Of a stretch of 64,000 bases of DNA, positions 39,767-50,085 are shown piece by piece. The DNA lies in NCBI GenBank assembly GCA_048529485.1, contig DBGFJU010000042.1, positions 73 through 64,072 on the forward strand, given 5' to 3'. The stretch is from Collinsella aerofaciens (GTDB taxonomy: Bacteria > Actinomycetota > Coriobacteriia > Coriobacteriales > Coriobacteriaceae). Position 1 is the first letter of the stretch. Each line of letters begins with the position of its first letter. The position numbers were made by a program, and so were the translations under genes. The notes below the pieces were generated by a model. The model was not told the DNA's origin and did not search any database. It worked only from the letters and a program-made list of their open reading frames with translations.

Positions 39767-42637
39767 ATGAGTCGCCGCAACACCGAGCTGCTCTTGCTCA
39801 TCGCCTCGGCGTTCCCCGTCATCCTGCTGTATGCGATGTACGTCCTCACCGCAGGCGCTGCCATCTCCTTTGAGACGCTCGCCGTACCGATCGGCCTCTT
39901 TGCCGCCTTTGCCGCGGCCCACATTGCCGTGCGCATCTTGGCGCCCGGTGCCGACCCCGCCATCCTGCCCATTGTCTTTGTGCTTTCGGGCATCGGTATC
40001 ACGTTCGTGACGCGTCTCGCACCCGCTCTCGCCATCTCACAGCTCATCATCCTGTTTGTCTCGGTGGCGCTCATGGTGGGAACGCTCGCACTGGTCAAAA
40101 ACCTCGACGTGGTCATGCGCTACAAGTACACCTTTGGCATTATCGGCATCATCCTGCTGATGCTGCCCATCTTTATCGGCACCACGATCTCGGGCTCCAA
40201 GCTGTGGATTCGCATCGCGGGCTTTACCATCCAGCCCGGCGAGTTCGCCAAGGTCTTTATCGTGCTGTTCCTAGCCGGGTACCTGGCCGAGAACCGCGAG
40301 CTGCTCTCTATCTCCAACCGCAAGATTCTGGGCTTTAAGATCCCTCGCCTGCGACTGCTGCTGCCGCTGTTTGCCGTGTGGGGTGTGTGCCTGCTCGTCG
40401 TCGTCTTCGAACGCGACCTGGGTTCGGCCGTGCTGTTCTACACCATCTTCTTGCTGATGCTCTACGTTGCCACGGGGCGCTTTTCGTATGTCGTTATCGG
40501 CCTTGCGCTCTTAGCTGTTGGGGCCGTGGGCGCCTACAAGTTCCTGTCTCACGTTCAGGTGCGTTTCCAGGTTTGGCTCGATCCGTTTAAGGACGCCCAG
40601 GGCCAGGGCTACCAGATCGTCCAGTCGCTCTTCTCGCTTGCCGATGGCGGTCTGGTCGGTGTTGGCATCGGCAACGGCATGGCCAACAACATCCCTGTCG
40701 TCGAGTCCGACTTTATCTTCTCGGCTATCGGCGAGGAGATGGGCCTTTTGGGCGGCGGCGCCGTGCTCATCCTGTTTATGCTCTTTGCCGTGCGTGGCCT
40801 CACCACAGCTGCCCGCGCAAAGTCCGACCTTGCCGCCTTTAGCGCCACCGGTCTTACGGCAGCCATCAGCTTCCAGGCCTTTTTGATCGTTGGCGGCGTA
40901 ACCCGCCTGATCCCGCTGACCGGCGTCACCCTGCCCTTTATGAGCCAGGGCGGCTCCTCGCTGCTGGCGAGCTTCATCATCGTCGCGCTCCTGCTGCGCG
41001 CCGGTGACGAGGCGACCGGACGCGAGGCCGAGCTTACCGGCACCGGCACCATGGCCGCCATCACCGATGATCAGGTCGCATCTGCCGCCGCCCCGACGGG
41101 CACGCGCTTTGCCACCTCGTCTTCCTACGGCAGCGGCAGCCATTCCGTCGGCTCGCGCATGCGACGTCGCCTGCTCGACACGCCTGAATCCGGTGTGCTC
41201 GGCCGCGTTGCGCTCGCCAACCGTCTAACCCGCGCGGTGCTCGCCTTTACGGCGCTGTTCGCCATCCTTATCGGCAACCTCACCTATGTCCAGGTCATTA
41301 AGGCCAAGGACTATCAGGACATGCCGACCAACAACCACACCATCGCCCGCTCCAAGTACATCCAGCGCGGCTCCATCATCACGTCCGACGGCGTGACGCT
41401 GGCCGAGTCGCTGCAGCAGGAGGACGGCACCTACGTACGCTCCTACCCCAACGGTAACCTGGCAGCGCACGTGGTTGGCTACGTGAGCCAGCAGTATGGC
41501 ACCACCGCCATCGAGAGCGTCATGAACGACACGCTCACCGGCTCTAAGGATTACTCCAGCTGGAACAACGCCATCGCGTCGCTCGCGGGCCAGACCCAGC
41601 CGGGCAACACCGCCAAGCTCACCATCGACTCGCGCATCCAGACGGCGGCCGAGCAGGCGCTCAAGGGCTTTAAGGGCGCTGTAGTGGTCATCGACCCGCG
41701 TACCGGCGCGGTGCTCGCATGTGCCAGCTCGCCCACCTACGACAACACCAACATCGATGCCCTGCTGCAGACGGGCGGCGGCGAGGACGGCTCCATGTAC
41801 AATCGCGCCATGGACGCGCTGTACACGCCGGGCTCAACGTTTAAGGTCGTTACGCTTTCCGCGGCACTCGAGACCGGTACCGCCAGCCTTACCAGCACCT
41901 ACCAGGCGCCCGGCTCCATGGACATCGGCAACGCACCGGTCACCAACTATGCCAACGAGAGCTACGGCACCATCAGCCTGCAGCAGGCCTTTGCCGTGTC
42001 CTCCAACGTCGTCTTTGGCCAGGTGGCAAACGAAGTTGGCGCAAACACGCTCGTGCAGTTTGCCAACGCCTTTGGCTACGGCCAAAAGCTCGGCCAGGAC
42101 CTGACCTCCGCGGCCTCCATCATGGCCGACCCGTCGCTCATGACCGAGTGGGAGACCGCCTGGGCCGGCGCCGGCCAGCCTGTCGGCATGGACCACACGC
42201 CCGGCCCGCAGACCACCGTCATGCAAAACGCCGTGATTGCCGCCGCCATCGCTAACAGCGGCGTGGTCATGGACCCGTACTTTGTAGCCCAGGTACTCGC
42301 CCCGGACGGAACCGTGGTCAAGACCACGCAGTCCCGCTCGCTTGGTCAGGCCGTCAGCTCCGCCACGGCCGACCAGGTCAAGCAGGCTATGCTCGCGGTT
42401 GTCCAGTCCGGTACCGGTACCGATGCCCAGATTCCGGGCGTCAAGGTCGCCGCCAAAACCGGTTCGGCCGAGATCGGCGGCACCAACGTCAACTCGATGT
42501 TCGTTGGCTTTGCACCTTACGATTCACCCACGGTCGCTATCTCGGTGGCCTTGGAGGATTTCGACAAGCATGACGTCAAGGCCGCCAAGATCGCCGGTAT
42601 CGTCCTGACCGCGGCGCTTGCCGCACAGGGAGCGTGA
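39767..42637 (+). CDS. RodA/FtsW (SEDS) - class B penicillin-binding protein fusion
   Basis: QPGEFAK, DLG, SDFIFSAIGEEMG, PLTGVTLPFMSQGGSS then PGSTFK (SxxK), SSN, KTG in one ORF. Confidence 0.92.
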   Translation: MSRRNTELLLLIASAFPVILLYAMYVLTAGAAISFETLAVPIGLFAAFAAAHIAVRILAPGADPAILPIVFVLSGIGITFVTRLAPALAISQLIILFVSVALMVGTLALVKNLDVVMRYKYTFGIIGIILLMLPIFIGTTISGSKLWIRIAGFTIQPGEFAKVFIVLFLAGYLAENRELLSISNRKILGFKIPRLRLLLPLFAVWGVCLLVVVFERDLGSAVLFYTIFLLMLYVATGRFSYVVIGLALLAVGAVGAYKFLSHVQVRFQVWLDPFKDAQGQGYQIVQSLFSLADGGLVGVGIGNGMANNIPVVESDFIFSAIGEEMGLLGGGAVLILFMLFAVRGLTTAARAKSDLAAFSATGLTAAISFQAFLIVGGVTRLIPLTGVTLPFMSQGGSSLLASFIIVALLLRAGDEATGREAELTGTGTMAAITDDQVASAAAPTGTRFATSSSYGSGSHSVGSRMRRRLLDTPESGVLGRVALANRLTRAVLAFTALFAILIGNLTYVQVIKAKDYQDMPTNNHTIARSKYIQRGSIITSDGVTLAESLQQEDGTYVRSYPNGNLAAHVVGYVSQQYGTTAIESVMNDTLTGSKDYSSWNNAIASLAGQTQPGNTAKLTIDSRIQTAAEQALKGFKGAVVVIDPRTGAVLACASSPTYDNTNIDALLQTGGGEDGSMYNRAMDALYTPGSTFKVVTLSAALETGTASLTSTYQAPGSMDIGNAPVTNYANESYGTISLQQAFAVSSNVVFGQVANEVGANTLVQFANAFGYGQKLGQDLTSAASIMADPSLMTEWETAWAGAGQPVGMDHTPGPQTTVMQNAVIAAAIANSGVVMDPYFVAQVLAPDGTVVKTTQSRSLGQAVSSATADQVKQAMLAVVQSGTGTDAQIPGVKVAAKTGSAEIGGTNVNSMFVGFAPYDSPTVAISVALEDFDKHDVKAAKIAGIVLTAALAAQGA

Positions 42638-42769
42638 TGCCCATGATCGAATCGGACACCCGAGGCGCGCCGCGGCCGAAGAGTTAGCGGCAACGCGCCA
42701 CACGGCCCCAGCGGCCACATCGTAGGTACTACACACATCGTTGAGCGAATAGTTATGTTAGGAGCAAGA

Positions 42770-44731
42770 ATGGAACAGAGGGTCCTCGGGGGAAGATACC
42801 TCCTCAAGGATAAGGTGGGGACAGGCGGCATGGCGACCGTCTACCGTGCACAGGACCAGGTCCTCGACCGCACGGTTGCCGTCAAGATCATGCTGCCGCA
42901 GTATGCCGGCGACGCAACCTTCGCCGCACGCTTTAAACAGGAGGCCCAGGCAGCAGCCGGTCTCTCCTCCCCCTATATCGTGGGCGTCTACGATTGGGGC
43001 AAGGACGGCGACACCTATTACATCGTCATGGAGTACCTGCGCGGAACCGACCTTAAGAGCGGCATCAAGAGCCACGGCGCCCTCGACCCCAAGAAGGTCG
43101 CCCAGATCGGCTCGCAGATCAGCTCCGCGCTTTCGGTCGCCCACAAGCACGAAATCATCCACCGCGACATTAAGCCGCAGAACATCATGGTGCTGCCCGA
43201 CGGCAACATCAAGGTGATGGACTTTGGCATTGCGCGCGCCAAGAACAGCCACCTCACGCAAGACAACAACGTGCTGGGAACCGCCCACTACGTCAGCCCC
43301 GAGCAGACCCGCGGTCAGGACCTCGGCCCCACCTCGGATATCTACTCGCTGGGCGTCGTGATGTACGAGTGCGCCACCGGTCGCGTTCCCTTTGACGGTG
43401 ACGACGCTATCTCGGTCGCACTCAAGCAGGTCAACGAGCTGCCTATTCCGCCGAGCCAGATCAACTCCGGTGTCGACGCCGACCTTGAGCGCATCATCCT
43501 CAAGTGCATGGAGAAGGACCCCGCAAACCGCTTCCAGACCGCCGACGAGCTGCGTCAGGTGCTCAACAGCTACCTGTCGGGCCGTGCCGTCAACGTCTCG
43601 GAGCCCACGCGCATCATCGGTGCCCCCGGTGAGTTGGGCGCCACCAAGACTCGCGAGCTTTCCGATCAGACGCGCGCCATGGTGCGTCCCGTCTCGGGCG
43701 TAAGCGGCCAGAATACCGCCCGTAGCTCGGTTTCGGGCTCCACCGGCTCCTACGAGATCGAAGAGCCCAAATCCAACAAGAACAAGATCATCGCCGCCGT
43801 GGTGGCAGCCGTTGCCGTCATCGGCATCGTGGTGGCCTTTGCCACAGGACTCTTTGACGGCGAGCAGGTCACCGTGCCCGATGTGCTGGGCAAGGACCAG
43901 CAGACTGCCGTCGAGCTGATCAAGGAAGCCGGCCTCGAGGTCGGCACCATCGACCAAAGCTACAACGACGATGTCGACGAGGGCAAGGTCGCCGAGCAGA
44001 CGCCCAACGGCAACACCAAGAAGGCCAAGGGCACCAAGGTGAACCTGGTAATCTCCAAGGGCCCCAAGCCCTCCGAAAAGGTTGAGGTTCCCAAACTTGT
44101 CGGCCTGACCAAGGACCAAGCAGAAGCCGCACTGGCAAGCGTTGGCCTGAAGGGCAACGCCTCCGAGGAGGCCAACGAGGCTGATGAGGGCCAGGTCTTT
44201 GAGCAGGGCACCGAAGCCGGTAAGGAAGTCGCGAAGGGCACGACCATCTCGTACAAGGTCTCGAGCGGCCCGGATACCACGTCCGTCCCCGACCTGACCG
44301 ACATGACCGAGGCCCAGGCGCGCAACGCCCTCGATATGGCAGGCTTTGGCGTCGACGTGAGCTACCAGGAGAACGACTCGGTTACCGAGGGCACCGTGAT
44401 CAGCTGGAACCCCAGCGGCAAGCAGAAGCCCGGCGCCACGATTACCGTCGTCATTGCCAAGAAGTCCGGCAAGGCCACCGTCCCGGGCAACCTGTACGGC
44501 AAGAGCATTTCCGCCGCCGTTACCGCGCTCAACAACGCCGGTTTCTATAACATTGGCTTCTGTGACCAGAACGGCAATCCCGTAAGCGGTAACGAGGATG
44601 CCACCGTTACGGGCGTCTCCCCCACTGGCAAGCAGTCCACCGACAGCACGATTACGCTGACGGTCGCACTTTCTGGTTCGGGCTCGGGCTCGGGCACGAG
44701 CACGGGCGACGATTCCGGTACGACCAACTAG
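42770..44731 (+). CDS. pknB: PASTA-domain Ser/Thr kinase PknB/Stk1
   Basis: GTGGMATV, HRDIKPQN, DFGIA, GTAHYVSPE; TM; four VP-initiated PASTA-like repeats. Confidence 0.95.
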   Translation: MEQRVLGGRYLLKDKVGTGGMATVYRAQDQVLDRTVAVKIMLPQYAGDATFAARFKQEAQAAAGLSSPYIVGVYDWGKDGDTYYIVMEYLRGTDLKSGIKSHGALDPKKVAQIGSQISSALSVAHKHEIIHRDIKPQNIMVLPDGNIKVMDFGIARAKNSHLTQDNNVLGTAHYVSPEQTRGQDLGPTSDIYSLGVVMYECATGRVPFDGDDAISVALKQVNELPIPPSQINSGVDADLERIILKCMEKDPANRFQTADELRQVLNSYLSGRAVNVSEPTRIIGAPGELGATKTRELSDQTRAMVRPVSGVSGQNTARSSVSGSTGSYEIEEPKSNKNKIIAAVVAAVAVIGIVVAFATGLFDGEQVTVPDVLGKDQQTAVELIKEAGLEVGTIDQSYNDDVDEGKVAEQTPNGNTKKAKGTKVNLVISKGPKPSEKVEVPKLVGLTKDQAEAALASVGLKGNASEEANEADEGQVFEQGTEAGKEVAKGTTISYKVSSGPDTTSVPDLTDMTEAQARNALDMAGFGVDVSYQENDSVTEGTVISWNPSGKQKPGATITVVIAKKSGKATVPGNLYGKSISAAVTALNNAGFYNIGFCDQNGNPVSGNEDATVTGVSPTGKQSTDSTITLTVALSGSGSGSGTSTGDDSGTTN

Positions 44732-44783
44732 TCGCCACCCCACCGCTCATCGCGGCTTTCGCCGCAAACATATTCGCTCACAG

Positions 44784-44821
44784 GCGCCCGCTTGCTCCCC
44801 CAGCAAGCGGGCGCTTTGTTT
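44784..44821 (+). terminator. Intrinsic terminator after pknB
   Basis: 13-bp stem GCGCCCGCTTGCT/AGCAAGCGGGCGC followed by TTTGTTT. Confidence 0.8.
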
Positions 44822-45159
44822 ATCGACAGGCCAGGGCTCCATAGCAACACAAAGAGGCCCGCAAAAACAAGCCTCCCAGGTGACAACAGAATATGTAATG
44901 CAGTAATTACTAGCCGCAGAACTTCACCATGGTCTCGACCACGAGCTTCTCGGAGTTGAGCCGCTGTATCATGATGCCCTGCTGGAACAGCGGGATGTTG
45001 GCGCGCGTGCGCTCCGGATCGGAGTGCTCGACGAACTCCTTCTTATCCAAGGTGCAGACCGAGCGCGACAAAACGACTTCGAAGCGACCCATTACGGCAT
45101 CGCGCATGCGCTACAATCTCGGTTAATCTGTTAACCACCCGAAAGCAGCAGGAGGCCCC

Positions 45160-46170
45160 ATGCCCACACCAGGCAAGCGCCCATCCATGCGCCAGATTGC
45201 CGTCGCGGCCGGCGTATCCGTCGCCACGGTCTCCCACGTCATCAACGGCAGCGGCCGTTTTTCCGAAGACACCCGCAAACGCGTGGAAGCCGCCCTAAAG
45301 GAATACGGCTACGTCACGAACATGGCGGCGAAGAGCCTCCGTATGGCCCAGTCCCGGACCATCGGCATGATCGTGCCGGACATCTCCAACGACTTCTTTT
45401 CCAAGATCGCCCTGCATGTGGAGCGCGAGCTGGCAACCGAGGACTACTCGGTCTTTGTTTGCAACAGCGCCAATGACCCCGCCCGCGAGCGTGACTACTT
45501 CCGCACGCTGGCAAGCAAGCAGGCCGACGGTATCATCTGTATCTCCGGCCTGCGCAGGCTCGACGGCGAGTTCGTCCCCCACGGAATCCCCGTGGTCTGC
45601 ATCGACCGTGCGCCCGAAAACGACCTCGGTTTCCCACACGTGGGCTCCGACAACATCGGCGGTGGCTACATGGCGACCGAGCACCTCATCGAGCGCGGCT
45701 GCAAGGACATCCTGAGCATCTCGAGTTTTACCGCCAACTACCCCGGCAACGAGCGCCAGATGGGCTACGAGCGGGCGCTCGCCGCGCACGGAATGCCGCT
45801 ACGCCGCGACTACCAGCTGTTTGTCTCGGGTAAGCAGCCGAGCATCATCGAGTCGGAAGAGCTCGTGACCGACTTCCTCTCCACGGGCTACCCCGTCGAC
45901 GGCGTCTTCGCCCATAGCGACCACGCAGCCGTGGGCGCGCTGCGTGCGCTCGTTGCCGCCGGCAAGCGCGTACCCGAAGACGTCCGTCTCATCGGCTTCG
46001 ACGATTCCGTTTACGCGCAGCTTCCGACGCCGCAAATCAGCACCATCCGCCGCTTCCCCGAGCGCCTCGCGCACGAGGGATGTCAGGCCCTGCTCGCCCT
46101 GCTGCGCGGCGAAGAGCCCGAGATGGAGACGCTTGTCCCCGTTAAGCTCGTGCAACGCGCGAGCAGCTAG
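45160..46170 (+). CDS. LacI-family transcriptional regulator
   Basis: SMRQIAVAAGVSVATVSHVIN HTH; IGMIVPDISNDFF; VPEDVRLIGFDD. Confidence 0.95.
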   Translation: MPTPGKRPSMRQIAVAAGVSVATVSHVINGSGRFSEDTRKRVEAALKEYGYVTNMAAKSLRMAQSRTIGMIVPDISNDFFSKIALHVERELATEDYSVFVCNSANDPARERDYFRTLASKQADGIICISGLRRLDGEFVPHGIPVVCIDRAPENDLGFPHVGSDNIGGGYMATEHLIERGCKDILSISSFTANYPGNERQMGYERALAAHGMPLRRDYQLFVSGKQPSIIESEELVTDFLSTGYPVDGVFAHSDHAAVGALRALVAAGKRVPEDVRLIGFDDSVYAQLPTPQISTIRRFPERLAHEGCQALLALLRGEEPEMETLVPVKLVQRASS

Positions 46171-46232
46171 ACAGCGGGCAGCGAATAGCCGCGTTTTTCT
46201 CTCGCATGTGCTCTATCCCACGTGCGACATGC

Positions 46233-46266
46233 AAAAAGCCCGCCACCACACGGGTGACGGGCTTTT
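46233..46266. terminator. Bidirectional terminator between the LacI gene and rpiB
   Basis: AAAAAGCCCG..CGGGCTTTT hairpin between convergent genes. Confidence 0.75.
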
Positions 46267-46269
46267 CCG

Positions 46270-46746
46270 CTACCAGCCGCGTGCTTCCTCCGCACGTACG
46301 AGCTGACGAGCCTCGATCTGGCGAATCATATCGATGCGTCGCTGGTGACGGCCGCCCTCGAACTCGCCGGTGAGCCAGGCGTCGACAATCATTTTGGCCA
46401 GCTCGATGCCTACCACACGAGCACCAAACGCGAGCATGTTGGTGTTGTTGTGCTCGCGCGACAGGCGAGCGGAATACGGCTCAGAGCAGGTGCAGCAACG
46501 GATACCGCGCACCTTGTTGGCGGCAAGCGAGATGCCCACACCCGTACCGCAGATAACGATACCGCGATCAACCTCGCCGGACATGACAGCGTCCGCCACA
46601 GCCTCACCCGCGATGGGATAGTCAAAGCGCTCGGTGCTGTCCGTACCGAAGTTCACGACTTCGTAGCCGTACTTCTCCTGGATATACGCCGTGATGGCTT
46701 CCTTGTACTCGACTGCGACGTGGTCGTTTCCAATACCGATCTTCAA
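46270..46746 (-). CDS. rpiB: Ribose-5-phosphate isomerase B (RpiB/AlsI family)
   Basis: GNDH, DYP, ICGTGVGISLAANK, REHNNTN, FEGGRHQRR; TTG start. Confidence 0.93.
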   Translation of the reverse strand: MKIGIGNDHVAVEYKEAITAYIQEKYGYEVVNFGTDSTERFDYPIAGEAVADAVMSGEVDRGIVICGTGVGISLAANKVRGIRCCTCSEPYSARLSREHNNTNMLAFGARVVGIELAKMIVDAWLTGEFEGGRHQRRIDMIRQIEARQLVRAEEARGW

Positions 46747-46818
46747 AAGAGACCCCTTTCCATAAGAACCATTCGCGCATGCCGCGCGCTCAATCCGTCC
46801 TAATTCGCCGTTCCGCTT

Positions 46819-47472
46819 CTAATACACCTCGCCGGCGCGCAAACGGCGCAGACACTCCTCGTAACCAGCGTCCTTGCCAAACAGCGCACTGGTGCCCAGG
46901 ATAAATCCGTCCGCGCCAATGGCGGACAGGTCGCGCACGCGCTCGGGCGAGCAGGCGCCGTCGATCATGAGCTTGAAGCCAAAGCGCTCCTTCAGCGCGG
47001 CAAGGCGACGCACCTTGTCGTTCGTGAACTCGATAAAGCTCTGACCGGCAAAACCCGGATTCACCGTCATGACCATCACGTAATCGCAGAGGTTCAACAT
47101 CTCCTCGATCTCGGAGATAGAGGTGTCGGGGTTCACGGCGATACCGGCGCTCTTGCCGAGGGACTTAATCGCGGCGAGTGTCTTGACCACGTAACGCTCG
47201 GACTCCGGATGGATATAGATGATGTCCGCGCCGGCGGAGGCGAAAAGTTCAACCTTGCTGGCAGGATTCTCGACCATAAGGTGCACGTCGACGAGCTTGT
47301 TGGTGGCAGCTCGCACGGCCTTGATGTCTTCGAGACCCATGGCGAAATTGGGAACGAAACTGCCGTCCATCACGTCGCAATGGAAGATGTCGATGCCGGC
47401 GGCGTCGAGATCCTCGACGGTCGCACGCAGATTGCCGTAGTCGGCGCACATGAGACTGGGGCAGAGCAGCAT
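46819..47472 (-). CDS. Ribulose-phosphate 3-epimerase family (Rpe/AlsE-like)
   Basis: PSLMCAD, HCDVMDGSFVPN, DVHLMV, MTVNPGFAGQ, IDG. Confidence 0.9.
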   Translation of the reverse strand: MLLCPSLMCADYGNLRATVEDLDAAGIDIFHCDVMDGSFVPNFAMGLEDIKAVRAATNKLVDVHLMVENPASKVELFASAGADIIYIHPESERYVVKTLAAIKSLGKSAGIAVNPDTSISEIEEMLNLCDYVMVMTVNPGFAGQSFIEFTNDKVRRLAALKERFGFKLMIDGACSPERVRDLSAIGADGFILGTSALFGKDAGYEECLRRLRAGEVY

Positions 47473-47514
47473 AGTGAACTCCTTATCTGCTCGGTGATTA
47501 TCTACTCGGTGGTA

Positions 47515-47563
47515 ATTAATCGTTTAACCTTTATCTACAGTCTGGCTGATTAATCGTTTAACC
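47515..47563. promoter_or_regulatory. Tandem LacI-type operators
   Basis: ATTAATCGTTTAACC exactly repeated at 47515-47529 and 47549-47563; CG-centred pseudo-palindrome. Confidence 0.65.
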
Positions 47564-47737
47564 ACGTTGTTAACCTGCAGGCTTTTCCAGATTCACAACG
47601 TTGCCATATTTGCCTATCTAGCTGGTATCATGCAGGAGCCCGCACCACGAAACGCTGTCGTATTCCCTAGGAAGAAATCCCGCTACGCGGACAGCAGCAG
47701 CCAGGGGCCGCAATCCGCAGACCTGAGCCCGGACCCC

Positions 47738-48481
47738 CTACGCTCCAGGCGTGATCAGGCGCGCGCACTGGGCGATCTTCTCGTCATAGGACTCCGCGAT
47801 AATCGACACACCATCGAACCCAAACGCACGAACATTCGAGAACTGATGGAACTTCGAGCTGTCGCACAGCACGTACGCCTTATTCGAATTCTCGCGCACG
47901 ATGCGCTTCTTCGCCGCCTCAACGTAGGAGGGCGTCATGACGCCGCGGTCCTCGTCAATCGCGTTGGTCCCGATAAACGCCTTATCGAAGTACAGATCGC
48001 GCAGGATCGATTCGGTCATAGAACCGCAGAACGAGGAGTTCACATAGTTGAACTCGCCACCCACCACGATGAGCTGGGCGCGCGTCTCGCTCTTAATCAG
48101 GCACGCCGAGGCATCCGTCGTGTAAATTGTCACGTCGCGGTCGAGCAGCAGACGCAGCAGCGCCGTGCAGGTGGAACCCGAGTCCAAGTAGAGCGTGTCC
48201 CCGTCCTCAACAAAACGCAAGGCGACTTGGGCAATCTGTTCCTTCTCACTCCCGTGTAGGCCCGAACGCGTCGAGATACTCACCTCGTGGACAGCCGAGA
48301 GGAGCCTCACCGCGCCGCCCGAAAGATGCTCAACCTTGCCAAGCGCCTCCAGCTCCTTGAGGTCGCGACGTAGCGTCGAAATAGAGACGCCCGGCAGCTC
48401 CTCCTGCAGCTCGGAAATCCTCGCGAGGCCCGACTTCTGCAGGCACTCTACAATTCGCTCCTGGCGCTCATACGGAATCAT
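47738..48481 (-). CDS. DeoR/GlpR-family transcriptional regulator
   Basis: ERQERI, VSISTLRRDLKELE, EKEQIA, LDSGST, FDKAFIG, CDSSKF. Confidence 0.93.
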   Translation of the reverse strand: MIPYERQERIVECLQKSGLARISELQEELPGVSISTLRRDLKELEALGKVEHLSGGAVRLLSAVHEVSISTRSGLHGSEKEQIAQVALRFVEDGDTLYLDSGSTCTALLRLLLDRDVTIYTTDASACLIKSETRAQLIVVGGEFNYVNSSFCGSMTESILRDLYFDKAFIGTNAIDEDRGVMTPSYVEAAKKRIVRENSNKAYVLCDSSKFHQFSNVRAFGFDGVSIIAESYDEKIAQCARLITPGA

Positions 48482-48705
48482 ATTGGGAACCTCTCCAAAC
48501 CACTCTGCTTCACGCTCGTTCATTTCTTTTCGAAAAGTGTAACGCACAAGCAGAATAGCGGCCGCCACCTGTTGCGATGACGACCGCTTAATCGATTGAC
48601 CTACCCTCTCGTTCACAATTTGAACGAGGTTGACACACCTCGCGTAAGCGCGACGCTCTTCAAGCGAAGAGAACGACCCTAGGAGAGGCGGCGCATCCGG
48701 GGCTC

Positions 48706-50082
48706 TTAGGCGAGCTGATCCTCCTTGCCGGTGAAGGCGAAGGCAAGAACACCGGCCACGACGGCGGAAATGAGCATGCCGACCATAGCCCAAGCGAAGT
48801 TCATGGGGTCGGAACTCACGAAAGCCGGGAACGTAGTGACGGAACCGAAGGTGAACGCAGTGGTGACGACCTTCATGATACCGAGGAACGCGCCGCCGAC
48901 GGCACCGCCGATGATCTGCGCAAGCCAGACCTTCTTGTTCTTCACGAGCATACCGAACAGCGTGGGCTCGATGATGGCGGACAGGGCGATCGATACGACA
49001 CCGGTCATCGCGAAGCTCTTGAGCTTCTGGTCGCGGGCCTTGAGGAACACGCCGAAGGCGCAGCCGATAACGGCGAAGTTGCAGGCGAAGGTGAAAGGGC
49101 AGATGTAGTCGAAGCCGTTCTGAGCGATGTTGTTGATCATGATGGGGTTCACGGCCCAGTGGATGCCCATGGACACCAGCACGGACCAGCCGCCGCCAAC
49201 CAGCACGCCGGCGAACACGGAGCTGCGCTCGATCAGCCAGTTGACCACGAAGGCGATGGCCTCACCAGCGTAGACGCCCAGGGGACCGATGACGAGCATG
49301 GTGAGCGGAACCATAACGATCAGGGAGATGGCGGGCAGCACGACGAGCTTGAGCATCTCGGAAACGTGCTCATCGAGCCACTTGTACAGGTACGAGTAGA
49401 CCCAGACAGACAAGATGGCAGGGATAACCGTGGAGTTGTAGTTCATGAGAACCACGGGGATGCCGAAGAAGTCCGTCATGGCGCCGTTGCCCGCGTCGCC
49501 CATGAGGGCGATGAAGTCCGGGTAGAGCAGGCACGCGCCGAGCAGCGCCGACAGGTACGGGCTCGCGCCGAAGCGCTTGCCGGCGGAGAAGCCGAGCAGC
49601 ACGGGCAGGAAGTAGAACACGCTCATGGCCAGGGTGTACAGGATGGTGTAGGTACCCGTGCCCTCAGCGATGATGCCGAGCTGGGCGGCCAGGATAACGA
49701 AGCCGCGCAGGATACCGGAGCCGGCCATGGCGGGCAGCAGCGGGGCAAAGATGCCGGAGATCGCGGAGAAGACCTGGCTGACGATGCTCTCGCCCTCGTC
49801 CTTGGTAGCAGCGGAGATTTCCACGCCCGAACCCTTGACCAGCGGCTCAAACTTCTCGTACAGCTTCGGGACCTCAGTGCCGATGAGAACCTGGTACTGA
49901 CCGGCCTTGTTCAGCGTGTTCACAACGCCTTCGACTTCCTTGACCGCAGCGTCGTCGCAAGCCGCGTCGTCTTTGAGATTGAGGCGCAGGCGCGTCGCGC
50001 AGTGCGTCATGCCCGAGATGTTCTCGGGACCACCGACGGCGTCCAGAATCCCCTGAGCCATCGCGTTCCAGTCGCGTTTCAT
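48706..50082 (-). CDS. PTS EIIBC component (sucrose/beta-glucoside family), no EIIA
   Basis: HCATRLR EIIB motif, QYQVLIG, FYFLP, MGIHW, IIEPTLFG. Confidence 0.9.
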   Translation of the reverse strand: MKRDWNAMAQGILDAVGGPENISGMTHCATRLRLNLKDDAACDDAAVKEVEGVVNTLNKAGQYQVLIGTEVPKLYEKFEPLVKGSGVEISAATKDEGESIVSQVFSAISGIFAPLLPAMAGSGILRGFVILAAQLGIIAEGTGTYTILYTLAMSVFYFLPVLLGFSAGKRFGASPYLSALLGACLLYPDFIALMGDAGNGAMTDFFGIPVVLMNYNSTVIPAILSVWVYSYLYKWLDEHVSEMLKLVVLPAISLIVMVPLTMLVIGPLGVYAGEAIAFVVNWLIERSSVFAGVLVGGGWSVLVSMGIHWAVNPIMINNIAQNGFDYICPFTFACNFAVIGCAFGVFLKARDQKLKSFAMTGVVSIALSAIIEPTLFGMLVKNKKVWLAQIIGGAVGGAFLGIMKVVTTAFTFGSVTTFPAFVSSDPMNFAWAMVGMLISAVVAGVLAFAFTGKEDQLA

Positions 50083-50085
50083 TGG

